Made by a program: the position numbers and the translations under genes. The notes under the pieces were generated by a model. The model was not told where the DNA came from, ran no database searches, and saw only the letters and a list, made by a program, of their open reading frames with translations. This document shows, one piece after another, positions 12,994 to 25,061 of a stretch of 64,000 nucleotides of DNA. Each line of letters starts with the position of its first letter. Position 1 is the stretch's first letter. Origin of the DNA: Takakia lepidozioides (Eukaryota; Plantae; Bryophyta); contig CM060732.1 in assembly GCA_030704615.1 (NCBI GenBank), forward strand, positions 78,616,001 to 78,680,000, in the 5' to 3' direction.

Positions 12994-13851
12994 TCTCTGC
13001 AGTCTTTTCTTACACCCTTGACAAGAAGATAAAGGGACACTTGGGCCAACGGCACAGGCTACCCTAGTCAATATATGAAGCGAGACGTTTATTTTGTTTT
13101 GTTTTTGTTTTGTAGCGTCGGTGAAATCTCCCAAACCGCGGGCCCCAGCCTCGGTGCTTGGTGTCGATGGAGAGCCCTCGATGAGGAGGGGTGCACCGGC
13201 TTGGTCTCATAATTTTTGGACCCGCGGTGTGGGAGATGTGGAATTCCAAGTACTTTTGGTCGCTGGAAATTCGTGAAAAATAGCAAAGTGGGCTTTCCTG
13301 GAGCAATGATTGGCCCTTCATGTGGGAGATTTGGAATTTCAAGTACTTTTGATCCCTGGAAATTCGTGAAAAATAGCAAAGTGGATATATCAAGCCTCGG
13401 GATATTGCAAAAATAGCAAACTGGGCTTTATTGGAACAATGACGTGGAGATCTCCCAAACTGCAAGGTCTCTGGATACATAGGATTGACTTGGACTTAGA
13501 TGACATTGGAGAGTGGAGTTCGCACTTGGGCCTCTACATAGGAGATTGCACTTGGGCTTAAATGTCAATTATTCACATATTGGCCTCAATATAGGAGACG
13601 CACTTGGATACATAGGGATTGCACTTAGACTTAGATGACACTGGACACAACGGCACATGCTACCTTAGAGGTCGCACTTGGGTCTGGACATAGGAGACGC
13701 ATTTGGATACATAGGGGATTGCACTTGGACTCAGACTATCCTAGAGGTTGCATTTGGGCCTCGACATAGGAGACGCATTCGGATACATAGGGGATTGCAC
13801 TTGGACGTAGATGACACTGGACACTTGGGCCATAGGCACAGGCTACCCTAG
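12994..13851 (+). mobile_element. Non-autonomous Helitron-like repeat(s) with duplicated 3' terminus
   Basis: Terminus GGACACTTGGGCCA..GGCACAGGCTACCCTAG|T at 13035-13068 and 13819-13852, with TC starts at 12994 and 13068. Internal tandem units (GGATACATAGGG..GCACTTGGAC, 13470-13830; about 87-bp duplication 13225-13400). No helicase. Confidence 0.5.
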
Positions 13852-14741
13852 TGTATGTGAAATTTCCGTTTTTTTCTTTTCCTGTTTTGTTTTTCGTTTT
13901 GATATCGCCAATGATTCTCCAAACTCAAAATATATCACATTTAAGAGAATTTCGCCAACGAACTCACACTAGCAGGAGTATGCTCACTCCAGCCAACCAA
14001 AATACTCCATAGATTTCAAAACATATTTTGAGAATATTATACAGTGAAACGAAAATATTCTCACATGACCAAAAATAGTTCAAATTTGTGCTCACCTTGC
14101 ACAACGAGTATCTCTAGCGAAACTATCTTTTTGAGTTTTGGTTTGTTTTGTTTTATTTGGATTTTTTGGGTTTCTTCCACCAACGAAACCCACCTAAACT
14201 AAATATACCTTAGTATCCTTGCATTTTTGTTGAAGTACCTTTTGTCTGTCTTTACTTGTATTTCCGTTTGCGAGCGTGGAAAGAGAGCATATGCTTAGAA
14301 TCGATTGTGAGCGGGTATTATCACGTGAGCAAAGTTGTCAGTAGTTTTTTCCTATTTTTTTTCAAATATTTTGGCGATCTTGGGATTTCATTTTGCTGCA
14401 GTGTATCGTAGGAATTTTTGGTGAATATTTGGACTACGGTATTCCTCTCGCTCATGTGATCAGGATCACGTGTATACCTATTTGAAGAGTCAGTAACACA
14501 TAATCTCATTGCTCACTCGGAACCCCCATCGCCCCCAGTTTGTTCAATTCAGACGACTGACGTTGTTGTCTGTACGGTTCTTCCAATCGTTGGGATTGAC
14601 TCAAAGACTCAAGGTCATGTTGTTAGTTTGCAATGTCATGTTCATAGAGGCTATGTTGGTTTATTAGCTGCTAAGGCATGGGTCTTTAGCAAGGAGAGCG
14701 AGCGTTCGCCTAGTTATCTGGATAGTTGTGATCTTGAGACA

Positions 14742-14906
14742 ACCACCATGTAGCCCAATGGTAATGGGCACATACCACATTGGATGTGGTTGTGGGTTCA
14801 AACCACGCTCTGGTGTGTCATGAAGGTGTCCACCTTTCAGTTGGAAGGCAGTAGCCCTTGTGGTGAAGAGACACCATAAGTTACGCTTCCTTCGGGAGGC
14901 ATCATA
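14742..14906 (+). mobile_element. tRNA-derived SINE, older copy
   Basis: Pol III A-box TAGCCCAATGG and B-box GGTTCAAACC. About 90% similar to the reverse complement of 28036-28201. Confidence 0.7.
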
Positions 14907-16164
14907 CTTTTGTGATTCTGATCCGTTATAACTTTGATAATTTTTATGACCCCGGTCCTTACTATCTCGATCCTAGGCAATAAGAGCACGAGTTTGAGAG
15001 AGATGTCGTGAGGTCCCAGGAATTCGATCACTCCCTATATGAGCTGTTTTCTAAGGATCGTTTTTCGTTTGCTAAGATCAAGGAGGCCTTTAATCTTTGA
15101 TGCTCGTTGTTTTACGTATTACCATGAGTCGGTGCTTGCTCGTCCAAATTCTGACCCTGTGGAAATAGCTAGCTTTTACATATTGACATTTGGGATTGGC
15201 CCAAATGTCAATCTAGGGGTCAAGGCAGATTTAGGCCCTGGAGTGGTTATCTTCACAACAAGCGCGGGAGGCTCATCTTTCTCGAGTTGAGCCTCACCGC
15301 GCCTAGCTATGGCGTCGTAGTGTGGATTCCCCATGGCGTGGAGTGCACTTGGCTTGACTTGTATTTGAGTGATGAGTTTATATATGCATGAGTTTATGCT
15401 TTAGCTTTGTGAGCTCGCATGAGCTTGTGCTTGTATTCTTCTACTTTATCACTCGAGAAAGATGAGCTCGTATCTGTGAGTGCCAGATACGAGTTAGTTG
15501 TAGCATTTGTGGTTTTTGCTTGAGAATGAGAGAAACCAGGTTTTTATGCAAGGAGCACCGTGGAGCTCTTGGTTGTTAGAAGCGGAAGCAATGTGGGTTA
15601 CGAGGTGGTAGACCTTGGCATTCAATCTTCAGCTTCAAAGATGAAGGCACCAATGCTGCAGGTAATTCCAGAGCACCTTGATGGTTTCAAATTGTGTACA
15701 TGCATGAGCAAGCACGATTGGGAAGAGGACCAGTCAAGAGCAGGTTATAGTGGCTTTGGTGGCAAAGCTGAGAAATGGACTTGGGAATGCGAGCTTTCAT
15801 TGTGTGAAGGATTGCAAGACCAAGCGAAAGGGCTGATTTGGCTTGGGGCAAATCAGTGCACTTTGTGGAGTATGTTGAGATTGGGTTTCAATCTCGAGCT
15901 TCAGCATTGAGAGGGCTCTTGTCATGGCAAGAGCAGGGCTGGAACATGAGCTAAGAGGTGCGACAAGGCCATGGAATCTACACCTAGGGTTTCAGAGCTT
16001 GGAAGAAGAGCTCTTGCACCACAAGAGGAGTGTCTTGTGGCTGGAAATGTAAGCCTTAGGGTTTCAGGAGCTTGGCAAAGGCTGTGGAGTGCTTAGTCTT
16101 GTCTTAGAGAGCATCAAGGAGCCAAGGAGCCAAGATAGGGAGCTGATACCTCTTGTGTGAAGAG

Positions 16165-16620
16165 GTTGCATGTGTGGAGCATGTATTCAGCTCATTGAAG
16201 CTTCCATCTTCAAGCTTGGAGGGCAAGCAAGGAAGAGGGAAGGGCTGACTTCCCTTATGTGAGGGCAATGCATGTGTGGAGCATGTTTTCAGCCTGTTGA
16301 AGGCTTGTACTTTCAGGTTTGGGAGTGCAAGAAAGGAAGGAAGGGGCTGGTTTCCCTGTAGGGCATGTGTGGAGCATGCTTCCAGCCCGCTGAAGCTTGT
16401 ATTTTCAAGTTGGTGGGTGCAAGAAAAGAAGCAAAGGGGCTGATTCTCTTGTGGTGAGAGTGGGGCATGTGTGGAGCATGCCTTCAGTCCATTGGGCTTT
16501 TGTTTTCAAGCTTTAGATAACTAGAAGAGAAGGTAAGGGGCTGATCTGCTCTTATGTGACAGTCCGACACTTGTAGAGCGTGTTCTTAGTTGGGGTTTCA
16601 ACCTCAAGCCTAGATAGAGC
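16165..16620 (+). repeat. About 95-105-bp diverged tandem repeats in the element 1 leader
   Basis: GCATGTGTGGAGCATG...TTCAAG...AAGGGGCTG recurs 4-5 times. Confidence 0.75.
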
Positions 16621-16995
16621 ATGGCTCTTGAAGTGGCAGATGTAGGGGGCTGGAATAGGCTCTAAAACGGATGCTATGGCCAAGGAAAACGCTTGAATGA
16701 GTGCTCACAAGGGCTGGAAACCAGCAAGGCTTGGTTGTTTGCCATTGAGTTTGGTGGCGTGTTTGGGGAGTCTAAGTGAGAAAGAAGGCTTGGTTTGTGG
16801 CAACCATCTTCCTCATGGCTTAGGGCTACTATTGGTGGTGTGTGGGAGCCAAAAGAGCAAGAATACCTTACTGATTTCTTCACAGCCGCCATAGCTCGGT
16901 GCAAAGAAGCCTAGAGTCCAAGAGACACAAACCCTAGCGTGGCATGGCTAAACCCCTTGGAGAAATGGCTAAACTGCCATGAGTGGTCATGGATA

Positions 16996-17640
16996 GGCTG
17001 TGAGGGGCTGTGACAGGTTGTGCCCTGTGGCCTGTGGGGCTGTGGCGGGCTGTGACAGGCTGTTCCCTGTGCCCTGTGACCCCTGCGACCTGTGATAGGC
17101 TGTGGCTGTGACCCCTGTGACCTGTGTAGGGCTGTGACAGGCTGTGCCCTATGGCCTGTGGGGCTGTGACGGGCTGTGACAGGTTGTGGCCTTTGGGGCT
17201 GTGACCCCTCTGACCTGTGTAGGGCTGTGACGGGCTGTGACAGGCTGTGGCCTTTGGGGCTGTGATCCCTGTGACCTGTGTAGGGCTGTGACAGGCTGTG
17301 CCCTATGGCCTGTGGGGCTGTGAGGGGCTGTGAGGGGCCATGGTGGGCTGTGACAGGCTGTGGCCTGTGGCCTGTGGGGCTGTGACGGGCTGTGACAGGC
17401 TGTTCCCTGTGGCCTGTGGGGCTGGGATGGGCTGTGAGGGGCTATGACAGGCTATGCCCTGTGCCCTGTGACCCCTCTGACCTGTGACAGGCTATGGCCT
17501 TTGGGGCTGTGACCCCTGTGACAGGCTGTGACCTGTGGCTTTTGGGGCTGTGACGGGCTGTGACGGGCTGTGGCCTGTGTGGGGCTGTGACGGCTGTGAC
17601 CAGTGATCTGTGTGGGCCTGTGCTGGTCTGTGGTGGCCCG
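16996..17640 (+). repeat. GGGCTGTGAC/GGCCTGTG short-unit tandem array in the element 1 leader
   Basis: Dozens of 7-10-nt CTGTG-core units with higher-order repeats; strongly G/T-biased strand. Confidence 0.9.
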
Positions 17641-18346
17641 TGTTGATCTGTGGATGGCCTGTGCTGACTCGTGGAGGCACTGGTGGACTGCCTAAAGACT
17701 GACATGTCTTGAAGGCCAAATTTTGAAGCTCGTGGAGGGCGGTTTGAGGAGTATCTTCATGATATTTCCATGGTCATGCAAGTGAGGGAAGAGAGGAGAA
17801 AAAGAGTGTTGGGATGAGGGCATGCTGGGGTTAGGCATTGCTTTAGCTTCTCTTCCTCGTAGTTTTCATTAGGCCAAGACCTTTCCGTAAGTGGAGGCAA
17901 GAGTCAGTTCGGGTTTGGGCTGGGGTATCCTTGCAGGAGCAACACCGTGGAGTTGTTTTTGGTATGGGGGAGTTGTCATTCTGATTTCTTGTGTTTGGAT
18001 CCCCTCCATACCTGCATGCTTGACTGTGCGCCATGTTAGTTTGGTGTGGGCGCTTGTTTTTATAGGTGATTGGTCCGGATTTGATCACCGGCCACTCCTA
18101 GAGCATGCTGTCGATGGTGAGGCTGGGGTGATGACCAGTTAGACCATCATTGTTTCTCCTGTGGTGAGGTTGGAGGTGATGACCAGCCAACCATAGGAGT
18201 GCTTGCGGTGGATGCAGGTGTAGGCTATGTTAGGAACCTAGTATTCCAAACCATAAGCCGCAACAAGTTCTCTACCCAGTTACCTTGTAGAGAGGGGGTT
18301 AGGGACATGTTCATGACCGGTTGAGTGACAGTTTGTCAACACGGAG

Positions 18347-19620
18347 GTGCCACTAGTTGCTGGGGACAGTCATGGTTTGAGCACTAGCGATACTAGTGGG
18401 TACACGAGACGAGGTGTGCGGTTTAGGCCACCTTCACCTCCCGTGTCTTCTACGGAAGGTTCTGATTCGGATTGTGAATCAGGATGACTCACACCGGCGG
18501 TGCAAGTTGTTTCTTTGTCATTGTTGTGGGACACAATGGAGGAGATCTATGGAGCTACCAAGGGGCCACGAAGGTACTTTGGGGCAGTGGGCACCATCGA
18601 GTTGGATGATTTTATCCAAGAGTTTGATAGTTGGTGTGATTTGCAGCAAATGCGCAATCCACAACTATTTACGTCTTTCATGGCATGGAAGGGGCTGTTT
18701 CAGCACCTTGAGGGGCCGCCTATGGATGATTACCATGAGTTCAGGCGGGGGCATGAGGTTGAGATCGAGGAGTGGAGGATGTACTGGTCACCCGACTATG
18801 TCTCCATCACTAGGGGCACTAGAGCCACGAGGGCAGTGACTACACCTGCCGCTGCACCGGCAGCTTCAGCAAGCAGCAGTGGGACTAGTGGGACTGGTGA
18901 TACCGTAGCTACGACATCCACCCAAGCTACTGCTGCACCAACACCAGTGGCGGTGCCTGCCTTCAACCCTGTTGTGGAGTTCTTCGAAGAGTTACGAGGG
19001 AACTACCAAGGAATGAGGACAGATAAGTTGCGAAGCTTGCAAGAGTTCCAACAGAAGCCGACTGAGAGCTTGAGGGAGGCTTTCACTCACATGAGGCGCT
19101 TGATAAATGCAACCCAAGGGGTTACGGAAGCTCAAGCAGTCCAATTCTGGTATGGGATATTGTACAAAGAGCTGAGGAGAAGGGTGCGGGATGCAACTCT
19201 CCTACAAGCGGCCCAACCCACCTTAACAAATGTGTTTCTGCTGGCAGAGCGGATAGAGCTCAACATGGTGGAGGATCGAGTGGTCATGGTGGAATTTGCT
19301 AAGGAGACACCACGGGGTAGTGGTGCTCCTAGCCAACCACTACCTCAACGTGCTCAAGGCAACAAGGGGGCTCAGGTGAAGCTCGGGGAAGGGCAAAGAT
19401 GACCTCAGATGCAGGGGTCTCTCCCTTCATTTGCAGGCCAACAACGGGCGGATGTGGTGTGTTGGACATGTGGAGGACCCCACGTCAAGAAGGATTGTCC
19501 AGAGGGAGGCAAAGGGCCGGCACATGCACAGCCTGCACAGTTGCAGTGTGGGCATTGTGGCAAGCACGGGCATGGAGCATAGGCAGCAGCTAGAGCATAG
19601 GCTCGCTGCCATGGCTACAG
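18347..19620 (+). pseudogene. Gag with CCHC zinc knuckles (element 1)
   Basis: ORF 18500-19402 (FEELRGNY..LQEFQQKPTESLREAF) continues in frame past TGA to CWTCGGPHVKKDC and a truncated CGHCGKHGH. Homologous to 45901-47200. Confidence 0.8.
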
Positions 19621-20279
19621 CTCAGGTGGTACCGGCTCCAAGGCCGGATGGTCCACCTCCTGCTCCTGAGGGAGGAGATATGGGAGGCATGGGATTCATG
19701 TGCGGAGCAGCACTACCACTAGTGCAGGTGGAGTCTGCTGCAGCCGTGACTCGAGGAGCAGTACGAGTTCCTGAGCCACGAGGTGCAGAGGTGGAGTTGG
19801 ATCCACAGCGTGGGGAGGCAAGCCGTCAGGCTAGGCTCCCTCAGTCATTCACATTGGCGGAGATAGTGTCGACGCCATCCATGGCACCTAGTTCTCGCCC
19901 GATTGTTACCGAGGCGGAGGTTACTATGCCATTGGGGAGAGCTACACGGGTAGCACCACTACCTAGTGTTGTCAAGGCTATGGCAGCTAGTGTGCTGCTG
20001 GGAGAGGCCACATCTGTGTGTCAGGCTCCATTGTTCTCGGCTACCATGATTGCGACGCCGGGGGTAAGACCAGCTGAGGTGTTCAGGCTGGCAGCTACAC
20101 TCTGTGATAGTGGGGAGGTTACTTCATCTTCTGCGGAGATAGTGGGAGGTGTAGTGCCGGAGGGATCCTCGGATTTGAAGGTCAAGACTGCCACGGCGGC
20201 GCCATGGCAAGCTGCAGCTGCCAGGTTGATGGAGCTGCCAACTAGGCCAGTCATTGAGCGCACCATGGTGACACCTAGA

Positions 20280-20700
20280 GTTGTCATGTTAGACAACCAG
20301 GATAACATTTTCTGTTTGAGTGGCCCGGCAGGCAAGAAGTATCGGGCACTGCGGGTCTTGTTGGACTCGGGAGCTCAGCCATTGATGCTGGGTAGAGTTG
20401 CTATTGCAGGCTTGGGCCTCACGGAGGCGAATATGGAGCCTTGTCCTTTCCAGATACAGACATCTCTGGGAGGATCGGAGCAGGCTCGGGGCATGACACG
20501 GCGTGAGTTGGCTATCAGACTACGGCCGGATCACCCTATAGATGGCTCAGTGATGCGAGCCAAGGCCATTGTGACAGACGCGGTCTCATACGATGTCCTG
20601 GTTGGTGAGGCAGTGTTGTACCCCATGGGCTTCACCCTGGATTTTTGGGAGGAGTCAGCTTCCTATAGGCCTGGATGGCAGTCAGGGGAGGGCCGGCGTG
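20280..20700 (+). pseudogene. Retropepsin aspartic protease (element 1)
   Basis: VLLDSGAQ (Asp codon 20364) and YDVLVG in ORF 19431-21062. Confidence 0.8.
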
Positions 20701-21077
20701 TGCAGCTCTCTATGATATTCATAGGAGGAGTTGCGATTGCCCAGCGAGGCAAGATGCTGACACTAGCAGCATTCATAGCTGCAGTGAGTTGGCCTGGAGA
20801 GTTGCTTGAGGGCAACGCTCATTACGAGGATATGTCACCTCCGGGAGAGCAGGATGACATGCATGGTATGGCGGAGTTGCCTGCCATGATTGCTCAGACT
20901 CCATTGTGGGGCACGAGCAAGGATTTGCAGCAGGTTGCTGATCGACGGGTGCAACAAGCCTGGGTAGAGGCTTTTGTATCATCAAGAGAGGAGGAGAGTG
21001 CGGGGATTGCACCAAGACCACCTCAGTTGTCTCCATTGGACACCACACCTATTGTGTGGTAGTATCCAGATGAAGGC

Positions 21078-22030
21078 ATTTGTCTTCTGGACTTGTTTGG
21101 CGGGATCAGCACCGGATTGGCTGATGTGTTATAGGCAGGTGTATGAGTTCGGCGTTACCTGTATGTGGAGAGGGATGAGACTGCACGACACGTTTCACTT
21201 CGCCATGTTGCTAAGTTGCAGCAGTACCCTGAGTTGTTGCCAGTGTCTGCAGTTCATGGATATCAGCAGGCCTTGCCAGCAGACATTTCGTTGCTGGGGG
21301 CGAAGGATTTGGAGCGGGTTGGCTCCATTGATCTTGTAGTGGCAGGTTGGCCCTGCCAAGGGCATTCATCAGCCGGGCATGACAATGGATTGCGAGACTT
21401 GAGGTCGGGTCTATTTTGGGAGATGGTGCGGGTTTTGCGCCACTTGCAACTTCATCAAGCTGTATCTCCAGCATACATCTTGGAGAATGTGTCACTGATG
21501 GGCGATTCTCGGGCCAGGGTGATGGCCAGTGCGCATCAAGTCCGGTTGTGGCTTGGGTCAGCAGTGTTGCTAGATGCAGCTACAGTGGGGTTTCGGGCTC
21601 ATCGTCCACGGCTATGGTGGACTAACTTGATGCCATCCGCACTGCTCAAGCGTGCATTTGATGGGGTGCAACGGCCAGCACACCTCACAGTGGATAGCAT
21701 TTTGGACACAGGGAGGCAGTCTCAACGTGTGAGACATGATGACCGTTCGCCTTTGGCAGTGGTCAACAAGGTGGGTCAACCACGAGCAGCATTACCTACA
21801 CTGCTCAGCTTCCCAGGATCGCATGCTTTCCGGGATAGTGGACCTGGCCTCCTGTGGGATGCTCAGTTGCAGCAGTTAGTGGAGCCTAATGCTGACAAGC
21901 GTGAGCGGGCAATGGGTTTTACCACTGGTACCACGGCGGTGCCGTCTCTTTCTGAGGCATCACGTCGTCAGGTGTTGGGGCAAGCAATGGATCTCAATTG
22001 CTTGACCTGGATTATCAGCTTGGCTATGGC
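21078..22030 (+). pseudogene. DNMT3-like C5 cytosine DNA methyltransferase domain within the retrotransposon polyprotein
   Basis: Ordered motifs: I LDLFGGISTG (21087), II YVERD, III ADI, IV DLVVAGWPCQGHS (catalytic PC at 21351-21356), VI ILENV (21483), VIII AHRPRLWWTNL, IX RERAMGF, X RRQVLGQAM. Same frame as the upstream protease and downstream RT ORFs, interrupted only by in-frame stops at 21060, 21132, 21144 and 22308. Confidence 0.9.
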
Positions 22031-22429
22031 TGAGCAATGCAGAGTGCGGAGTACACTTTCCTCGATGGTCTCTCTGCCTACCGAGACGGTACAGGCAGTG
22101 AGTGGGGGCGAGCATGTGAGGACCACGGGGTGCAGGCATCCATGGCACACGTGGGAGGTGCTCGAGGTTCAAAGGGAGTTGGCAGCCAGGGCGGCGGTGA
22201 TGGATGAGGTTGGGGATTTTTCTCGGGTTGAGGATGAGATGATGGGGCAGGATGAGGCCTTGTCATTGACTGAGCAAGCAGGGAGTACTGCTCAAGAGGT
22301 TGCAACATAGCAACCACTGGACGCGTCCTCTACCTCTAAGCCCACTGGACTTAAGGTTGCAGTTACGGAGGACAATTGGGAGCCTGACATTGGACCCATT
22401 GTCGCCGGAGGAGAGAGACGACGTATACG

Positions 22430-23780
22430 GCGGTTCCTAAGGGCTTACAGGAACTGCTTTGCCTTCAGCTTGAAGGACTTGGGAGCATTGAAGGGTCAAG
22501 AGATTTGTATTGAGTTGGCCACTGACACGCCAATCTTTCGGAGACCCTATAGATACAGTGACATGGAGAGGTCTTTGATTCAGATGAGGACTCAAGATCT
22601 CTGGGAGGCTGGTTTGGTGGAGCTATCTGGTGGAGAGTATGCTTCAGCCACAGTGATGCCAGCCAAGAAGGATGTCTATGGCAATTGGACGGAGAGACGT
22701 ATGTGCGGTGATTACTGGCTTGTAAATCGTCAGACTAAGTCCGATAAGTATGCCATGCCAACACCGGAAGAGATCTTTATTGCCATTGGGCATGCTAAGG
22801 TCTTTAGCACTTTGGATTTACGATCCGGATATCACCAGTTGCCGATCAAGGAGGCGGACAAGCAGAAGACGGCATTCTGGGGGATCAATGAGCACGGCAA
22901 GGATTGCCTATATCAGTGGCGATTCTTACCATTTGGGCTTAAGAACGCTCCTGCAGAGTTTCAGAGAGTCATGGATAGGATTCTAGCAGGAGTGGACTTT
23001 GCTCGGTGCTAGATAGATGACATCATCATCTTTAGTGCTACGGTGGAGGAGCATGAGAGACACCTTCAGGTGGTATTGGAGCGCTTGAGAGCGCACGGAT
23101 TGAAGTTGCATCCGGGGAAGTGCAAGTTTTTCCACAACCAGATTGTCACATGATATATCCTGGAGGATTGGGGGTATAGCAGACTAAGGTAGAGGCCATT
23201 GCACAAATTCCACGCCCCACGGATGTGAACCGAGTTCGAGCTTTTATGGGATTGGCAAACTATTATAGACGGTTTGTCAAGGGATTTAGTGCCATTGCAA
23301 AGGCTCTAACCAAGCTGACCAAGGTGGACTAGGAGTGGTAGTGGGAAGATGAGCAGGAACGAGCTTTTCAAGAGCTCAAGGCGAGGTTGACCTCGGCGCC
23401 TATCCTGAGACGACCTATCAGGGGGCATCCCTTTCAGCTGCATACGGATTGGAGCATGCTGGGGCTTGGAGCGGTGCTCACACAGGTGGATGATGAGGGA
23501 AGAGAGTTCGTAGTGGCTTATGCTAGCCGCTTGAACAACGCTGCAACTAAGTACAGCTCATATGAGGGAGAGTGCTTAGCTGCAGTGTGGGTCGTGGCAC
23601 ACTTCAGGTGCTATCTATAGGGCAATATCTTCACCCTTGTCACGGATCACCAGCCACTCAAGTGGTTGATGGAGTCAGACAAGCTTACGGGGAAGCTTGC
23701 ACGGTGGGCACTCATACTCTAGGAGTATGTCTTTCAGGTTGTGCATCGACCGGGTTTGGTCAATCGGGATGCGGATGGAT
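22430..23780 (+). pseudogene. Ty3/gypsy reverse transcriptase and RNase H (element 1)
   Basis: [35 protein letters not shown] (YIDD mutated at 23010), LHTDWS, SYEGECLA, TDHQPL. Confidence 0.9.
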
Positions 23781-24149
23781 TGAGTCGCAATCCATGCACG
23801 AGCCAACAGGATGACACTGGGGCTCGGTGGCATGGTGAGACGGACAAGGAGATGGTGTTGGGATGGCACGCATCTCCATTTTTGTGTATCTTGGCATCGG
23901 GAAGTCAGGTTGGACCTACAACATGAATGACTATAGACGGAGTGTCTGAGGACCCTGAGGCTAGTGATGAGCCAAGTGGTGCCAGAGATATACATGACGA
24001 TTCAGCTGTGTTGGACTACCTCCACACGGGAGACACGGCAGCCACTGTGACTGCCAGGGAGAGGGATCGGATCCTGCAACGAGCCAAGAGGTTCAAGTGG
24101 GAGGGGATACACCTGCTCCGAGTATGGGAGGATGGTCGGGTGAGGATTG

Positions 24150-25020
24150 TGCCTTACCCCGCACAGCGTGCACGGTTAGTGCGGCATGTCCATGAGGAGT
24201 TGGGGCATTTTGGAGTGCGACGCACTCACAGTTTACTGCAGGGGCAGTATTGGTGGCGTGGTATGCATACAGAGGTGCAACAGTTCGTGGCTAGGTGCAT
24301 GGTGTGTGACAGGGTGCGTGCTTCATTCAACACTCCTACACCACAGTTGCATCCTTTACCAATCATGGGATTGGGCTATAGGTGGAGTCTTGACTTCGCA
24401 GGACCGTTGCCACTGACTATGCGCCACCACAGATATGTGTTGGTGATGGTGGAGCACTTCTCCAATGGATTGAGTTGGTTCCATTGCCTGACAAGGCTAG
24501 TGAGGGGGCTGCGTATGCATTCTTGGATCGTGTGCTTAGCCTATTCGGTGCTCCAGCTGAGGTACTCACGGACCAAGGGAGAGAGTTCTTGGGGGAGTTT
24601 CAGGCTTTGTGTGATAAAGCCTTGATAGGCCACCACATCACTTCTCGGGATCATCCTGAGGCCGATGGTTTGGCAGAGAGAGTTGTTCAGACGGTGAAGA
24701 GGGGTTTGCGCAAGTACGGCTTGCAGAAGGGACACCTAGGAGATAGGGATCTTCAGGTACCTTGGTTAGCGTGATACATTGAGGTATGCCACTATACGTG
24801 GTAGAGGATATCGTCCTGGGGTTCGGAGGTTTAGCCCTGGTGACTATGTTTATTTGCAGCAGACTGCTCCTACGACCCTGGATGTCACTGCAGGGCGTGT
24901 TATTCTGAGGGTTCGAGAGGTGTTGCCCTCAGGAGTCCTGATCTTGGAGGGTCGGGATGGCATGACTTGGAAAGACCATGTGCGTAATTGTGCGCCATGT
25001 CACCTTCCCAATGTCGATGG
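24150..25020 (+). pseudogene. DDE integrase (element 1)
   Basis: HHCC (HEELGH..CMVC), SLDFAGP, TDQGREF, DGLAER. There is an internal deletion near 24772 relative to element 2. Confidence 0.88.
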
Positions 25021-25061
25021 CATAGTTGACCCAAACTTGGTAGTGGTACCTGCAGGTTTGA

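Noticed and set aside
13900-14480. Weak similarity to 51770-52130 (TGCTCAC/GTGAGCA-rich old repeat)
   Set aside because: Short patchy similarity with no definable termini.
16996-17640. CRISPR-like array or coding ORFs (17442-17719)
   Set aside because: Degenerate short tandem units without unique spacers; the ORFs are repeat by-products.
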